Positions 6,485-15,652 are shown, counted from the first letter of the stretch. The stretch is 46,529 bases of DNA from Candidatus Omnitrophota bacterium (GCA_043822885.1 JBDRBI010000131.1:1-46529); one strand, 5' to 3'. The notes: a model not told the origin generated them from the letters alone. Translations and numbers: made by a program.

Positions 6485-6504
6485 TCACTGGCCTTTATAA
6501 TTTC

Positions 6505-7266
6505 TCAGAACCTGAGAAATAGTTTTACCGCCAAAAAAACCATCATTCCGATAAAAAGTCTTCTTACCCAGACATTACCCTTTCGTATGGCAAGTTTTGC
6601 TCCTGAGTACCCGCCTAAAGATATGGCTACTGCCAGAGGTATCCCTACGTGAAGATCTATCAGTCCGTTCTGCCAAAATATCAGGCTTGCCACAAGCGAT
6701 GAAAATAAATTAAGAACTTTTGTCATACCGGCTGTCTGCAAAAAATCAAAACCGATCCCCAGGATCAGAACATAACTTAACATCATCACATATCCGCCGC
6801 TAAAAAAACCCCCATAGATGCCTAATATAAAAACCAAGACACTTGCGGCAAAAAACCGTAACGGAGAATTCTTTTCGTGGTTTTCTGTTATTCCTATGTT
6901 CTTTTTCAGCAAAAAAATCGGAACGAACAGGCATATTATGAGAACTAAAAACCTTTCCAACAGCTTCTCATCGAAATCTAATAAGATCTTCGCTCCCCAC
7001 CAAGATCCGAGTATCGTCAGTACGATCAATATCGGCATGACCCGGTTATGCCTTGTTTCCATACTTTCTCTAAAACCGATAGCGCCGCTAAGACTTACAA
7101 AGATCAAGGTGAACATATTAGTACCAACGGCCAATTTTGCGCTCATCCCCATGGAAATAAGCAGTGGAACCGTTATTAAAGACGTACCCCCGACCGATAC
7201 GCCCACAATGCCCGCAAGGTAGAAAAAAATTGAAAGAAAAATAATGTTGTGTATTTCCATGATCAT
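6505..7266 (-). CDS. sulfite exporter TauE/SafE family membrane protein
   Basis: 253 aa with about 7-8 TM helices, glycine-rich helices and an internal duplication typical of the TauE/SafE (DUF81) family. Confidence 0.75.
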   Translation of the reverse strand: MIMEIHNIIFLSIFFYLAGIVGVSVGGTSLITVPLLISMGMSAKLAVGTNMFTLIFVSLSGAIGFRESMETRHNRVMPILIVLTILGSWWGAKILLDFDEKLLERFLVLIICLFVPIFLLKKNIGITENHEKNSPLRFFAASVLVFILGIYGGFFSGGYVMMLSYVLILGIGFDFLQTAGMTKVLNLFSSLVASLIFWQNGLIDLHVGIPLAVAISLGGYSGAKLAIRKGNVWVRRLFIGMMVFLAVKLFLRF

Positions 7267-7276
7267 AACTCAAATC

Positions 7277-7390
7277 AGTTGGGAGTTAGGAGTTCGGAGA
7301 AATAATACAAAATGGTCACTTAACTCATAACTCCGAACTCAACAGCACATCAGTCAATCACTCCGAACTCCTAACTCATAACTCTGAACT
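7277..7390. repeat. GAGTTNN-family hairpin with core motif
   Basis: Left arm agttgggagttaggagttcggag (7277-7299) matches the reverse complement of the right arm (7361-7390) at 21 of 23 positions. Core ATCAGTCAATC at 7349-7359 touches the right arm. Confidence 0.9.
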
Positions 7391-7406
7391 TTTTCGCTTC
7401 TCGCTC

Positions 7407-8468
7407 CTATCTTATCCATGCTCCGCCGGCGACTATTTCATCATCATAAAACACTATGGCTTGTCCCGGAGCCGGCGCAAATTGCGGTTCGAAAAATTCC
7501 ACTATGGCTTCATCTTTACCGCTGGGAGTTACTGTCGCTTTCGCCTTTTTGCCTTTATATCTGATCCTACTCAAAAATTCGCGTTCTTTTTTTAATCCTT
7601 CGGGGATAAGCCAGTTAAATCCTTCAACGGTGATCTTCTTCCTCATAGCCTTATCTTTTTCCGCTATGGTGATCGTGTTTTTTTTCGCGTCTATATCTAT
7701 CACATAGAAAGGCTCAGGGCCTGCTACCCCCAGCCCATGCCTCTGACCGACCGTGTACGAAACTATGCCTTTGTGTTCCCCTATAACTTCTCCGGAGGAG
7801 TTCATAATATTCCCGGGTACAAATATTTCCGGATTAGTCTTTCCAAAATATTCTCTATATCCTGAGCCCTGCGCGAAACATATATCCTGACTGGACCGGC
7901 GCGTAGCCGACATAAAATTTTCGCGCATAGCTATTTCTCTGACATTTTCTTTCTTCATTTCCCCGAGCGGAAATTTTATGAACGGCAGTCTTTCCCGCGG
8001 TAAATTATACAGAAAATATGACTGGTCCTTATTTTTATCCAGGGCTTCCGCTAAATAATGTGTTCCGTCTCTTTCTATTATCCTCGCATAATGTCCGGTA
8101 GCGATGTATTCAACCCCGATCTCGGCGGCTTTTTCAAAAAGAAACCCGAATTTTATCTTACTGTTGCAGTAAACACAAGGACTGGGAGTTCTACCTTTAA
8201 CATATTCGTCCAAAAAATATTTTTTTATTTCGCGTGCGAACTCTTTTGAGAAATCCACTACATAGTAGGGTATCCCAATATCTTCAGCCGCGCTGCGCGC
8301 ATGTTGTATAGCGTCCAGAGAGCAGCACATCCTCTCTCCTGCGCCGCCGCAATCCTCTTTCGGCCAGGTCTTTATGGTTATCCCTATAACTTCCTGTCCA
8401 TTATTTTTCAGAAGAAGCGCCGCTACGCTTGAATCTACCCCTCCTGACATTGCCGCTACAACTCGCAT
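7407..8468 (-). CDS. mnmA: tRNA 2-thiouridine(34) synthase MnmA
   Basis: MRVVAAMSGGVDSS PP-loop at the chosen start (8468). The ORF-track start at 8537 would overlap apbE by 59 nt. Catalytic Cys residues and the C-terminal barrel are present. Confidence 0.9.
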   Translation of the reverse strand: MRVVAAMSGGVDSSVAALLLKNNGQEVIGITIKTWPKEDCGGAGERMCCSLDAIQHARSAAEDIGIPYYVVDFSKEFAREIKKYFLDEYVKGRTPSPCVYCNSKIKFGFLFEKAAEIGVEYIATGHYARIIERDGTHYLAEALDKNKDQSYFLYNLPRERLPFIKFPLGEMKKENVREIAMRENFMSATRRSSQDICFAQGSGYREYFGKTNPEIFVPGNIMNSSGEVIGEHKGIVSYTVGQRHGLGVAGPEPFYVIDIDAKKNTITIAEKDKAMRKKITVEGFNWLIPEGLKKEREFLSRIRYKGKKAKATVTPSGKDEAIVEFFEPQFAPAPGQAIVFYDDEIVAGGAWIR

Positions 8469-8478
8469 ATTTATTCCT

Positions 8479-9495
8479 TTACAAAATATAAGTTTCAGCG
8501 CCCTTGGATATTTTGACCTTTTCTCCGGATGATTCATTATTTATGATCATTATCTCAACTTCCTCCAGTTGATCGGCAAGCTCTATCGCCGTCTCCGTCT
8601 CCATTGCCATCATTCCCGTAGCCAAAGCGTCTGCTTCCGCACACGAAGAAGATATGACCGTAACACTTGAGGGCTTTTTCTCTAACACATTTCTTTCTTC
8701 CGGCACCGCAATATGAGCCAATATCCTTCCGCCTGTTCCCTCCACCACGTTTTCATAATCCCCGCTTGTCGCGATAGCGCCCGCGTTGATCTTTACCCTC
8801 ATTACCATTCCGTATCCTCCCGGGTCGCGTACACCGATTATCCAGGCGTCTTCCTCTCTCTCTGAATAGCAATACATGTCTCCTCCCGCGTCTATCAGAA
8901 AACTTTTAACACCTTCTTCTTTGATATACGCGTACATTTCGTCAACTATGTACCCCTTCGCTATCCCCGAAAGGTCTAACCATGCGCCTTGAAACAATGT
9001 AACCGTTCTTTTTGATCTAGTCAGCATAATATTCTCAAGCCCTATAGCCTCTTTTGTGTCCGGAATTTTTTCCAAGATCTCCGGCGGCATATCATGGTAA
9101 AATCCTTTCTCTTTCAAAATAGGACTTACCGTTATGTCAAATTTGCCGTCGGTTAAACTCCCTATCTCCAAGGCTTTTTCCAATACATCAAACATTTCCG
9201 AGGAAACATTCATTTTGCCCGAAAGGTTCAGCATGTTTAATTCGCTGTTCGGATCAAAAAGATCAAACTTCTTTTCAAGAACTACGGCTCTTTCAAAAGC
9301 TTTCTCAAGGATCTTTCTTAGATCCGTATCAGAATATTCGTTTGAACGGGCCTTAACCTGAACAAAAGTACCCATCAGTATTTTTTGAGAAACTACGTCC
9401 CGCGCCGTCTTTTCTTGTGAACATCCGTTTAACAGCACCGTCGCAAGGAAAAGGAAAGGTATGACGGTATGTCCGATAGAGCGCATCAAGATCAT
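8479..9495 (-). CDS. apbE: FAD:protein FMN transferase (ApbE family) lipoprotein
   Basis: Lipobox LLNGC. ApbE-family sequence (GIAKGY, ATSGDYE motifs). Confidence 0.85.
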   Translation of the reverse strand: MILMRSIGHTVIPFLFLATVLLNGCSQEKTARDVVSQKILMGTFVQVKARSNEYSDTDLRKILEKAFERAVVLEKKFDLFDPNSELNMLNLSGKMNVSSEMFDVLEKALEIGSLTDGKFDITVSPILKEKGFYHDMPPEILEKIPDTKEAIGLENIMLTRSKRTVTLFQGAWLDLSGIAKGYIVDEMYAYIKEEGVKSFLIDAGGDMYCYSEREEDAWIIGVRDPGGYGMVMRVKINAGAIATSGDYENVVEGTGGRILAHIAVPEERNVLEKKPSSVTVISSSCAEADALATGMMAMETETAIELADQLEEVEIMIINNESSGEKVKISKGAETYIL

Positions 9496-10631
9496 TAAAG
9501 ACTCCTGATTATGCGATCAATATCAACATATTTACTTATCATGTCTTTAACAAGCTTGACCTTATTGCTGTCCCGATATTTTATTTTGACGGTAAGGTCA
9601 TGAACTCGGGATGATACATCATATGTATCAAGGCGCGACATTAGAGTCGGAATATCGGTTTTTTTCAACGCGTTGTATATCCTTCTTTTAGGAGAGATCC
9701 CGCCTGAAAGGATTATTCCGGCTATTCTTTTTGGAGCATGAAAACGTCCGGTATGGACCTTGATAAGAAGATTTATGAGATCCGTTCTGTCTCCGGGAGT
9801 TATGACCAGACAATCCTCCACGAGATAGCTTAGAACAGCTCGCCCCTCCATAGCGCCGACAAGTACTCTTTTCATCTGTTTGTTAAGGAATTTTTCGCCG
9901 CACAAGACCTGCATATCAAGATCTTCCTTGATATCCTGCATAGTAGGCCGATCCAGCATTTTCATGTAAGGAACAACACCTAAAACGGGAATGTCCAGTC
10001 TGTTAAGACCTTTTGTTACATACTTACTTACCTTCTCGTATTTGGAAGGCAGGACCTTGTTCACTATGACTCCGACTGTTTTTACGCCCATCTTATCAAA
10101 AACAGACTTATTAAGCATAATATCGTCTATAGGGTTTCCGATCCCTCCTTGGGAGACAAGGATAACTTTACTTTCAAGCATCTTGGCCACGGCGGCATTT
10201 GAAAGATCGAACACCGAACCTACCCCCGCGTGTCCCGTTCCTTCTATGATCACAAGTTCTTTTTCATCCGCGACAACATTGAAAGCCTTTTGAATTTTTA
10301 CCGAGAGATTATCCAGATCCTTACCATCGAGAAAATTTTCGGTATACCCTTTCCCTACCGTGATCGGGGACATCACCTGTAAGGGAAAATTGAATTTAAA
10401 GATCTTTTCCATAAGAATAGAATCTTCATCAACCTTATGTCCTTTCTCTATAAGATACCTTTGACCGACAGGTTTTATGAAACCGATCTTTTTGAATCTG
10501 TCCGATAAAGCGGCGATAAGCCCCAGAGATACTGTGGTCTTTCCTATATTCTGGCGGGTAGCGGCGATAAATATACGTTTACATCTTCGTGTTCCGAAGA
10601 TCTTTTCCCAAGTTTCTGTATATGTTTTCAT
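9495..10631 (-). CDS. phosphotransacetylase N-terminal-like protein (BioD-like P-loop plus DRTGG domain), no catalytic PTA domain
   Basis: IAATRQNIGKTTVSLGL P-loop, then VITPGDRTDL (DRTGG motif). 378 aa. The C-terminal PTA_PTB catalytic domain is absent. Confidence 0.65.
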   Translation of the reverse strand: MKTYTETWEKIFGTRRCKRIFIAATRQNIGKTTVSLGLIAALSDRFKKIGFIKPVGQRYLIEKGHKVDEDSILMEKIFKFNFPLQVMSPITVGKGYTENFLDGKDLDNLSVKIQKAFNVVADEKELVIIEGTGHAGVGSVFDLSNAAVAKMLESKVILVSQGGIGNPIDDIMLNKSVFDKMGVKTVGVIVNKVLPSKYEKVSKYVTKGLNRLDIPVLGVVPYMKMLDRPTMQDIKEDLDMQVLCGEKFLNKQMKRVLVGAMEGRAVLSYLVEDCLVITPGDRTDLINLLIKVHTGRFHAPKRIAGIILSGGISPKRRIYNALKKTDIPTLMSRLDTYDVSSRVHDLTVKIKYRDSNKVKLVKDMISKYVDIDRIIRSL

Positions 10632-10656
10632 TTTTTAAAAAGATCTTTTTTGATGC

Positions 10657-11460
10657 TCAAAAAGAACGCCCATCATCAGGAAAAGCGCCTGATATAGTCT
10701 CGCTCTTAAAGGTTTCTACCGCAGTTTTGATAATGGCGGAAACATCCGCGTATTTCTTAACGAATTTTGGGGTAAATTTGTCGAAATATCCTATAACATC
10801 GTGTGTAACAAGCACTTGCCCGTCGCAAAATACGCCCGCTCCTATACCGATAGTGGGGATATTAAGCTGTTCGGTTATTTTTTTTGCCAGATCTTTGGGA
10901 ACGCATTCCAGAACAAGCGCGAAGCATCCTGCTTTTTCCAGCTCAACGGCATCCTTGATAAGTTTTTTAGCGGAGACATCGTCTTTTCCCTGTACTTTAT
11001 ATCCGCCGGTGATGTTGATGCTTTGCGGGGTAAGACCGATATGTCCCAGAACGGGAATGCCGGATCCTACGATAGCCTCTACACGTTCTTTCATTTTTCC
11101 GCTTCCTTCTACTTTGACCGCTTCACATCCGGCTTCTTTTAAGAACCTGCCGGCATTATGTACGGCATCTTCATCGGAAACTTGATATGACATAAAGGGC
11201 ATGTCCCCTATAAGAAAAGCTCTTTTCACGCCCTTCCTTACCGCCCTGGCATGATGTATCATCTCTTCCATTGTAACTTCAATGGTGGAGGCATACCCTA
11301 AGGCTACCATGCCGAGAGAATCCCCCACTAAAACCGCATCAATTCCGGCTTCATCAATAATGTTGGCAAGAGGACAATCAAAAGCGGTAAGCATGGTTAT
11401 CTTCTCGCCCTTTTCCTTTTTCTTGCGAAAATCCAGTACTGTGATCTTATTTTCCTTCAT
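10657..11460 (-). CDS. panB: 3-methyl-2-oxobutanoate hydroxymethyltransferase
   Basis: KITMLTAFD, VGDSLGMV and DMPF motifs. 267 aa. Confidence 0.9.
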   Translation of the reverse strand: MKENKITVLDFRKKKEKGEKITMLTAFDCPLANIIDEAGIDAVLVGDSLGMVALGYASTIEVTMEEMIHHARAVRKGVKRAFLIGDMPFMSYQVSDEDAVHNAGRFLKEAGCEAVKVEGSGKMKERVEAIVGSGIPVLGHIGLTPQSINITGGYKVQGKDDVSAKKLIKDAVELEKAGCFALVLECVPKDLAKKITEQLNIPTIGIGAGVFCDGQVLVTHDVIGYFDKFTPKFVKKYADVSAIIKTAVETFKSETISGAFPDDGRSF

Positions 11461-11548
11461 AATATTTTACGTAACAGGGCTTAAGTTGAGAGAAGACGGT
11501 AATATTCTGCGCGTCTCACAAAACTTCTCTGTTTTTTTATGTTTCAGC

Positions 11549-11592
11549 AGTCTATAGTCTATGGTCTATTGCCTATTGTCTATGGTCGTCTC
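11549..11592. repeat. TATRGTC-family heptamer array abutting the metF stop
   Basis: agtctatagtctatggtctattgcctattgtctatggtcgtctc. No complementary partner in this gap. Confidence 0.8.
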
Positions 11593-12466
11593 AAAGCTTT
11601 AATCCCTCAAGTATGCGCGCGACAAGATGATTGGCTTTTATCGGCATAAAATGTATCCCATCACACATTTCTTTTATGGAAAGAACGATTTCTCGGGAAA
11701 TATCCACGGATTCTTTTTCAACGTCATTTGCGCGATCTAATCTTTCTATCGTTTCATCGGGGATAACAACTCCGGGTATGTTCGTATTCATATATCGAGC
11801 CATCTTTGCGGAACGCAGAGGAACCACCCCGCCCAATATTTTTATGTCTTTTTTTAAGTGTTTGATGCTCTTTTTGAAAAGAGCGAATATCTGGGGATCA
11901 AAGATCGCCTGTGTTTGAAAAAAAGACGCGCCTTCCGCGATCTTTTTTTCCATTTTTATTATCTCGGGCTCAAGAGGATCCGCGCCGGGGTTTACAACTC
12001 CGCCGACATAAAGATCCGGGACATCGTTCAATTTGTTCCCGGAAAGATCAAATCCTTCTTTTAATCTCCTTATAGCATACAGAAGACCGATCGAGTCCAA
12101 GTCATACACCGCCTTAGCTCCGGGATGATCCCCTAAAAGAGGGTGATCACCGGTCATAACCAATATGTTTTTTATACCCAAAAAATAAGCTGAGAGTACA
12201 TCCGATTGAAGTGCTATGCGATTGCGGTCACGGCATGTAATTTGACAGATCGCCTCATATCCCGCGTCATTAAGAGCTCTGCTTGTCGCGACAGATCCTA
12301 ATCTCATAACCGCGCTTTGCTGATCGGTTACGTTAACCGCATCCACTTTTCCCCGAACACATTCTAACTCTTTGAACAACGCATCCAGAGAAACTCCCTT
12401 AGGCGGACCTATCTCGGTCGTTACAACAAACTTTCCTTTATCCAAAGATCCTTTAAAACTTGTCAT
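11591..12466 (-). CDS. metF: methylenetetrahydrofolate reductase
   Basis: 291-aa MTHFR-family TIM barrel (VTDQ..., LVMTGD motifs). Sits in the folate C1 cluster. Confidence 0.85.
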   Translation of the reverse strand: MTSFKGSLDKGKFVVTTEIGPPKGVSLDALFKELECVRGKVDAVNVTDQQSAVMRLGSVATSRALNDAGYEAICQITCRDRNRIALQSDVLSAYFLGIKNILVMTGDHPLLGDHPGAKAVYDLDSIGLLYAIRRLKEGFDLSGNKLNDVPDLYVGGVVNPGADPLEPEIIKMEKKIAEGASFFQTQAIFDPQIFALFKKSIKHLKKDIKILGGVVPLRSAKMARYMNTNIPGVVIPDETIERLDRANDVEKESVDISREIVLSIKEMCDGIHFMPIKANHLVARILEGLKL

Positions 12467-12498
12467 ACATTTTTCCTCTTTGAGCTATTCTGATCCCT

Positions 12499-13359
12499 TT
12501 ACCGTATACCTTTATCCCTGTCTGCCCTAAAAACATTCCGCATGAGAATAGAGACCGTGATCGGACCTACTCCTCCGGGAACGGGCGTGATAAGTGACGC
12601 TTTTTTTTCTACCTCGGAGAAGGCTACATCTCCTACAATTTCGTTCCCTTTTTTGTTTATCCCGACATCTATTACAACGGCTCCTTTAGCGACCCAATCC
12701 GCTTTGACCATTTCCGCTTTTCCTACCGCTACTATCAGAATATCCGCCCTGAGGGCATGCGCGGGAAGATCGCCTTTTTCAAAAGTAGCAATATTGCATA
12801 CGGTAGTCGTTGCCATTTCGTTCAGCAGCATCAAACTCAACGGTTTCCCGACTATGGCTGAACTTCCGATGATCACGACTTCTTTTCCGTACAGATCGAT
12901 CTCCTTCATCCGCAATATTTCCATCACTGCCCCCGGCGTGCATGCCTCAAGCTCGGCCTCACGCCTGAGGATTCTTCCCAGGTTGTACGGATGTATCCCT
13001 TCGGCGTCTTTTCCCGGAGATATCGCCGCGACAACTCTATTATGGCTTATCCCATCCGGCAGGGGCTTTTGAACAATGATCGCCGTTACCGAATCATCTC
13101 TGTTCAACTTTTCGATCTCTTTAAAGAGTCCTTCCTGCGTCAAGCTGTCTTCATAATGTAGGCTGGCGAACTCTATCCCTACTTTTTCCGCATTTCTCCT
13201 CTGCATGTTGACATAAATTTCCGCGTCGCCTTTATTGCCTACGGTCAAAGACGCCAATTTCGGAGCTCGCCCTCTCTTTTGGGACAGTTTCCGGACATCT
13301 TCCTTCACGGCCATGTTTATTCGCTCAGCTATTTCTTTTCCGTCTATTATCTTTGACAT
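12499..13359 (-). CDS. folD: bifunctional methylene-THF dehydrogenase / methenyl-THF cyclohydrolase
   Basis: Typical FolD N-terminus (IIDGK..A) and PGGVGPMT-like motif (PVPGGVGPITV). Confidence 0.9.
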   Translation of the reverse strand: MSKIIDGKEIAERINMAVKEDVRKLSQKRGRAPKLASLTVGNKGDAEIYVNMQRRNAEKVGIEFASLHYEDSLTQEGLFKEIEKLNRDDSVTAIIVQKPLPDGISHNRVVAAISPGKDAEGIHPYNLGRILRREAELEACTPGAVMEILRMKEIDLYGKEVVIIGSSAIVGKPLSLMLLNEMATTTVCNIATFEKGDLPAHALRADILIVAVGKAEMVKADWVAKGAVVIDVGINKKGNEIVGDVAFSEVEKKASLITPVPGGVGPITVSILMRNVFRADRDKGIR

Positions 13360-13367
13360 CTCGTTCC

Positions 13368-13952
13368 TTAAATTTTAGCCGCAACAACTTTCTCCATGTT
13401 CCTTATTTTAAATTCCATTTCTTCCATTCTTTTTCTTGTTTTCTCACAAAATGCTTCATCACCCACAAACTTAAGATTGATGTTAACATTGATCTTTGCC
13501 GAAAAAAAAGCGCCTTTCAGCATATGCCAGGCGCATCCAATATCACTTTTCAGATTTGGGTTCGCCCTGGAAAGCAATTCTCCGGTAATATACAAAGATC
13601 CCGCACATTCTTCACACACACAAAGCGGAACCGAAGCTGCCGCTTTATATGCCCGCTCGGCATCCTTTTTCTCGGATAAAGTTCTCATTAGATCTTCGAA
13701 AACCCGGCAATCCTCGTCAACAAAGGCCTTTAGCCTTTTCAAAGACTCCTCTTGTTGTATTTTAAGAGAGGTCAGATCACCGTCTTCTTTCCCCTCTTTC
13801 TTGCTGTAATTTATGACCATCAGATTGAGTCCGGCTCCTAATGAAGCGCCTAAAGCCGCGGCGCTTCCTCCCCCGGGGGTCATTTGCCGGCGCGATAGAT
13901 CTTCCAGATATTTGTTAACACTGCTATTTAAATACTGTTCTGTTTTCATCAA
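13368..13952 (-). CDS. fchA: cyclodeaminase/cyclohydrolase family protein (FchA/FtcD-like)
   Basis: TPGGGSAAALGASLGAGL motif of the formiminotransferase-cyclodeaminase / methenyl-THF cyclohydrolase fold. 194 aa. Confidence 0.75.
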   Translation of the reverse strand: MMKTEQYLNSSVNKYLEDLSRRQMTPGGGSAAALGASLGAGLNLMVINYSKKEGKEDGDLTSLKIQQEESLKRLKAFVDEDCRVFEDLMRTLSEKKDAERAYKAAASVPLCVCEECAGSLYITGELLSRANPNLKSDIGCAWHMLKGAFFSAKINVNINLKFVGDEAFCEKTRKRMEEMEFKIRNMEKVVAAKI

Positions 13953-15652
13953 AATAGCCCTTTTATCTCTCCGGTTTTTACGTCAAGATCAATATTTGTT
14001 CCTCTGGGCACTTTGGGCAGACCCGGCATAGCGTTAGTTCCGTCGCATTTCACTTCAATATATCCTGCCCCGGCGGCCACTACGATCTCCTCCACTCCCA
14101 GTTTAAAACCTCTGGGTCTTCCTTTCTTAGCGGAGTTGTTCGACAGTGAAAGATGTGTCTTTGCCATACATACGGGCAGCTTGTCAAGTTTGGCTTTTTC
14201 TATCCTTGCCATTTCGGAAAGCGCCTGTTCTGAATATTTTACTTCGCTTGCTCCATACATAGATTTTGCGATCCGTTCTATCTTGTTCGATATGTTCATA
14301 TCGATCGGATAGAGATATCTCATCTTTGATTTTTCTTTGGACGCGGCAATTACAGCCCGCGCAAGATCTTTTCCTCCGGCTGAGCCCTGCTTATATACTT
14401 CACTGACCGCTATCCCCTCCACGTTGAGAGCTTCCGCTCTCCTTATGACACTATCTACCTCTTTTTTTGTGTCAGACTCGAAAAGGTTGATGCAAACAAC
14501 AATGGGTATTCCGAACATCTTAAGGTTTTCAACTTGTTTTTCCAGATTAGAACAACCTCTGTCAACCGAGGATATATTTTCTTTTTTTAATTTTAATGGC
14601 ACTTTAGTCCCTTCGAAAGGATAATCTCCGCTGTGAACTTTCAATGCCCGGATGGAACAATTGATCACCGCTACGTCAGGTTTCATTTTTGATTGCTGAC
14701 ATTTAATATCAATGAATTTTTCCGCTCCTAGATCCGCTCCGAAACCGCTTTCTGTAATTACAAAATCCGCGAGTTTTAACGCGATCTTATCGGCGATAAC
14801 CGAACTTGACCCGTGTGACACGTTCGCAAAAGCGCCGGTGTGCACAAAACACGGAGTATGTTCCGAAGTTTGCATAAGATTGGGCTCAAAAGCTTTTTTC
14901 AGAAGAACAGCCATAGCCCCCGCGACTTTGAGATCCTCAGCGGTTATAGGTTTGCCGCTTTTGTTAAAACCGACCACTATTCTCCCTAATCTTTCTCTGA
15001 GATCCTTTAGGCTGTCGGATAAGGATAGAATGGCCATACATTCGGAGGCCGGGGTTATGTCCACTCCGGTCCGGCGGTTTACTCCATGAAGTTTTCCTCC
15101 TCCGCCTATCGCGATGTTACGTAAGGCGCGGTCGCTTATGTCGAGGGCTCTTTTCCAGGTAGCGCCTTCTTTGCCGAAATCATGAGGATCCCCTCTGAAA
15201 AGAGTATTGTCTAAAAACGAAGCGCATAAATTTTGAGCGTTACTGACTGCGGACGAATCCCCGGTCAGATGCAGATTAATATCCTCTGCCGGCAAAACTT
15301 GTGAATGTCCTCCTCCCGTAGCTCCGCCTTTCATTCCAAAAAGCGGTCCCAAGGAAGGTTGTCTGATACAAGCTATGGCCTTCTTACCTAAAGCATTCAA
15401 AGCCATGGACAGGCCTATTGTGTTGACCGTCTTGCCCTCTCCGAGCTGAGTCGGTGTTATGGAAGTAATGAGGATCAGTTTTCCTTCTTTACGTTTTTTA
15501 AGCGACCCTTTGAGTATCTCCGGTGATACTTTGGCTATAAAATTCCCGTATTTGGTAAGATATTTGGCCCCTATTCCTATCTTTTTCGCGACGATCTCAA
15601 TGTCCCTCAACTTAATAGCAGCCGCTGTTCTCACATCATAACTATAGCTCAT
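13949..15652 (-). CDS. fhs: formate-tetrahydrofolate ligase
   Basis: TPTQLGEGKTV P-loop. 567 aa with FTHFS family conservation throughout. Confidence 0.92.
   Translation of the reverse strand: MSYSYDVRTAAAIKLRDIEIVAKKIGIGAKYLTKYGNFIAKVSPEILKGSLKKRKEGKLILITSITPTQLGEGKTVNTIGLSMALNALGKKAIACIRQPSLGPLFGMKGGATGGGHSQVLPAEDINLHLTGDSSAVSNAQNLCASFLDNTLFRGDPHDFGKEGATWKRALDISDRALRNIAIGGGGKLHGVNRRTGVDITPASECMAILSLSDSLKDLRERLGRIVVGFNKSGKPITAEDLKVAGAMAVLLKKAFEPNLMQTSEHTPCFVHTGAFANVSHGSSSVIADKIALKLADFVITESGFGADLGAEKFIDIKCQQSKMKPDVAVINCSIRALKVHSGDYPFEGTKVPLKLKKENISSVDRGCSNLEKQVENLKMFGIPIVVCINLFESDTKKEVDSVIRRAEALNVEGIAVSEVYKQGSAGGKDLARAVIAASKEKSKMRYLYPIDMNISNKIERIAKSMYGASEVKYSEQALSEMARIEKAKLDKLPVCMAKTHLSLSNNSAKKGRPRGFKLGVEEIVVAAGAGYIEVKCDGTNAMPGLPKVPRGTNIDLDVKTGEIKGLF

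Noticed and set aside
6290-6652. 120-aa plus-strand ORF after the tRNA
   Set aside because: It spans three hairpins and a terminator and then runs antisense to the TauE-family gene. It has no SD and no recognisable family.
10589-11185. Long antisense ORFs opposite real genes. Examples: 10589-11185, 12542-13072, 16007-16597, 26507-27058, 40203-40730, 45386-46024 and the other plus-strand entries of the ORF track.
   Set aside because: Each lies opposite a minus-strand gene with strong family motifs. Their sequences are Ser/Pro/Phe-rich shadow translations without SDs.
11488-11538. Hairpin GAGAGAAGACG...CGTCTC...CTTCTCT followed by T7 on the plus strand as a terminator
   Set aside because: The T tract is on the plus strand, where nothing is transcribed toward it. 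On the minus strand no U tract follows the stem. It is more likely part of the panB upstream region or repeat debris.
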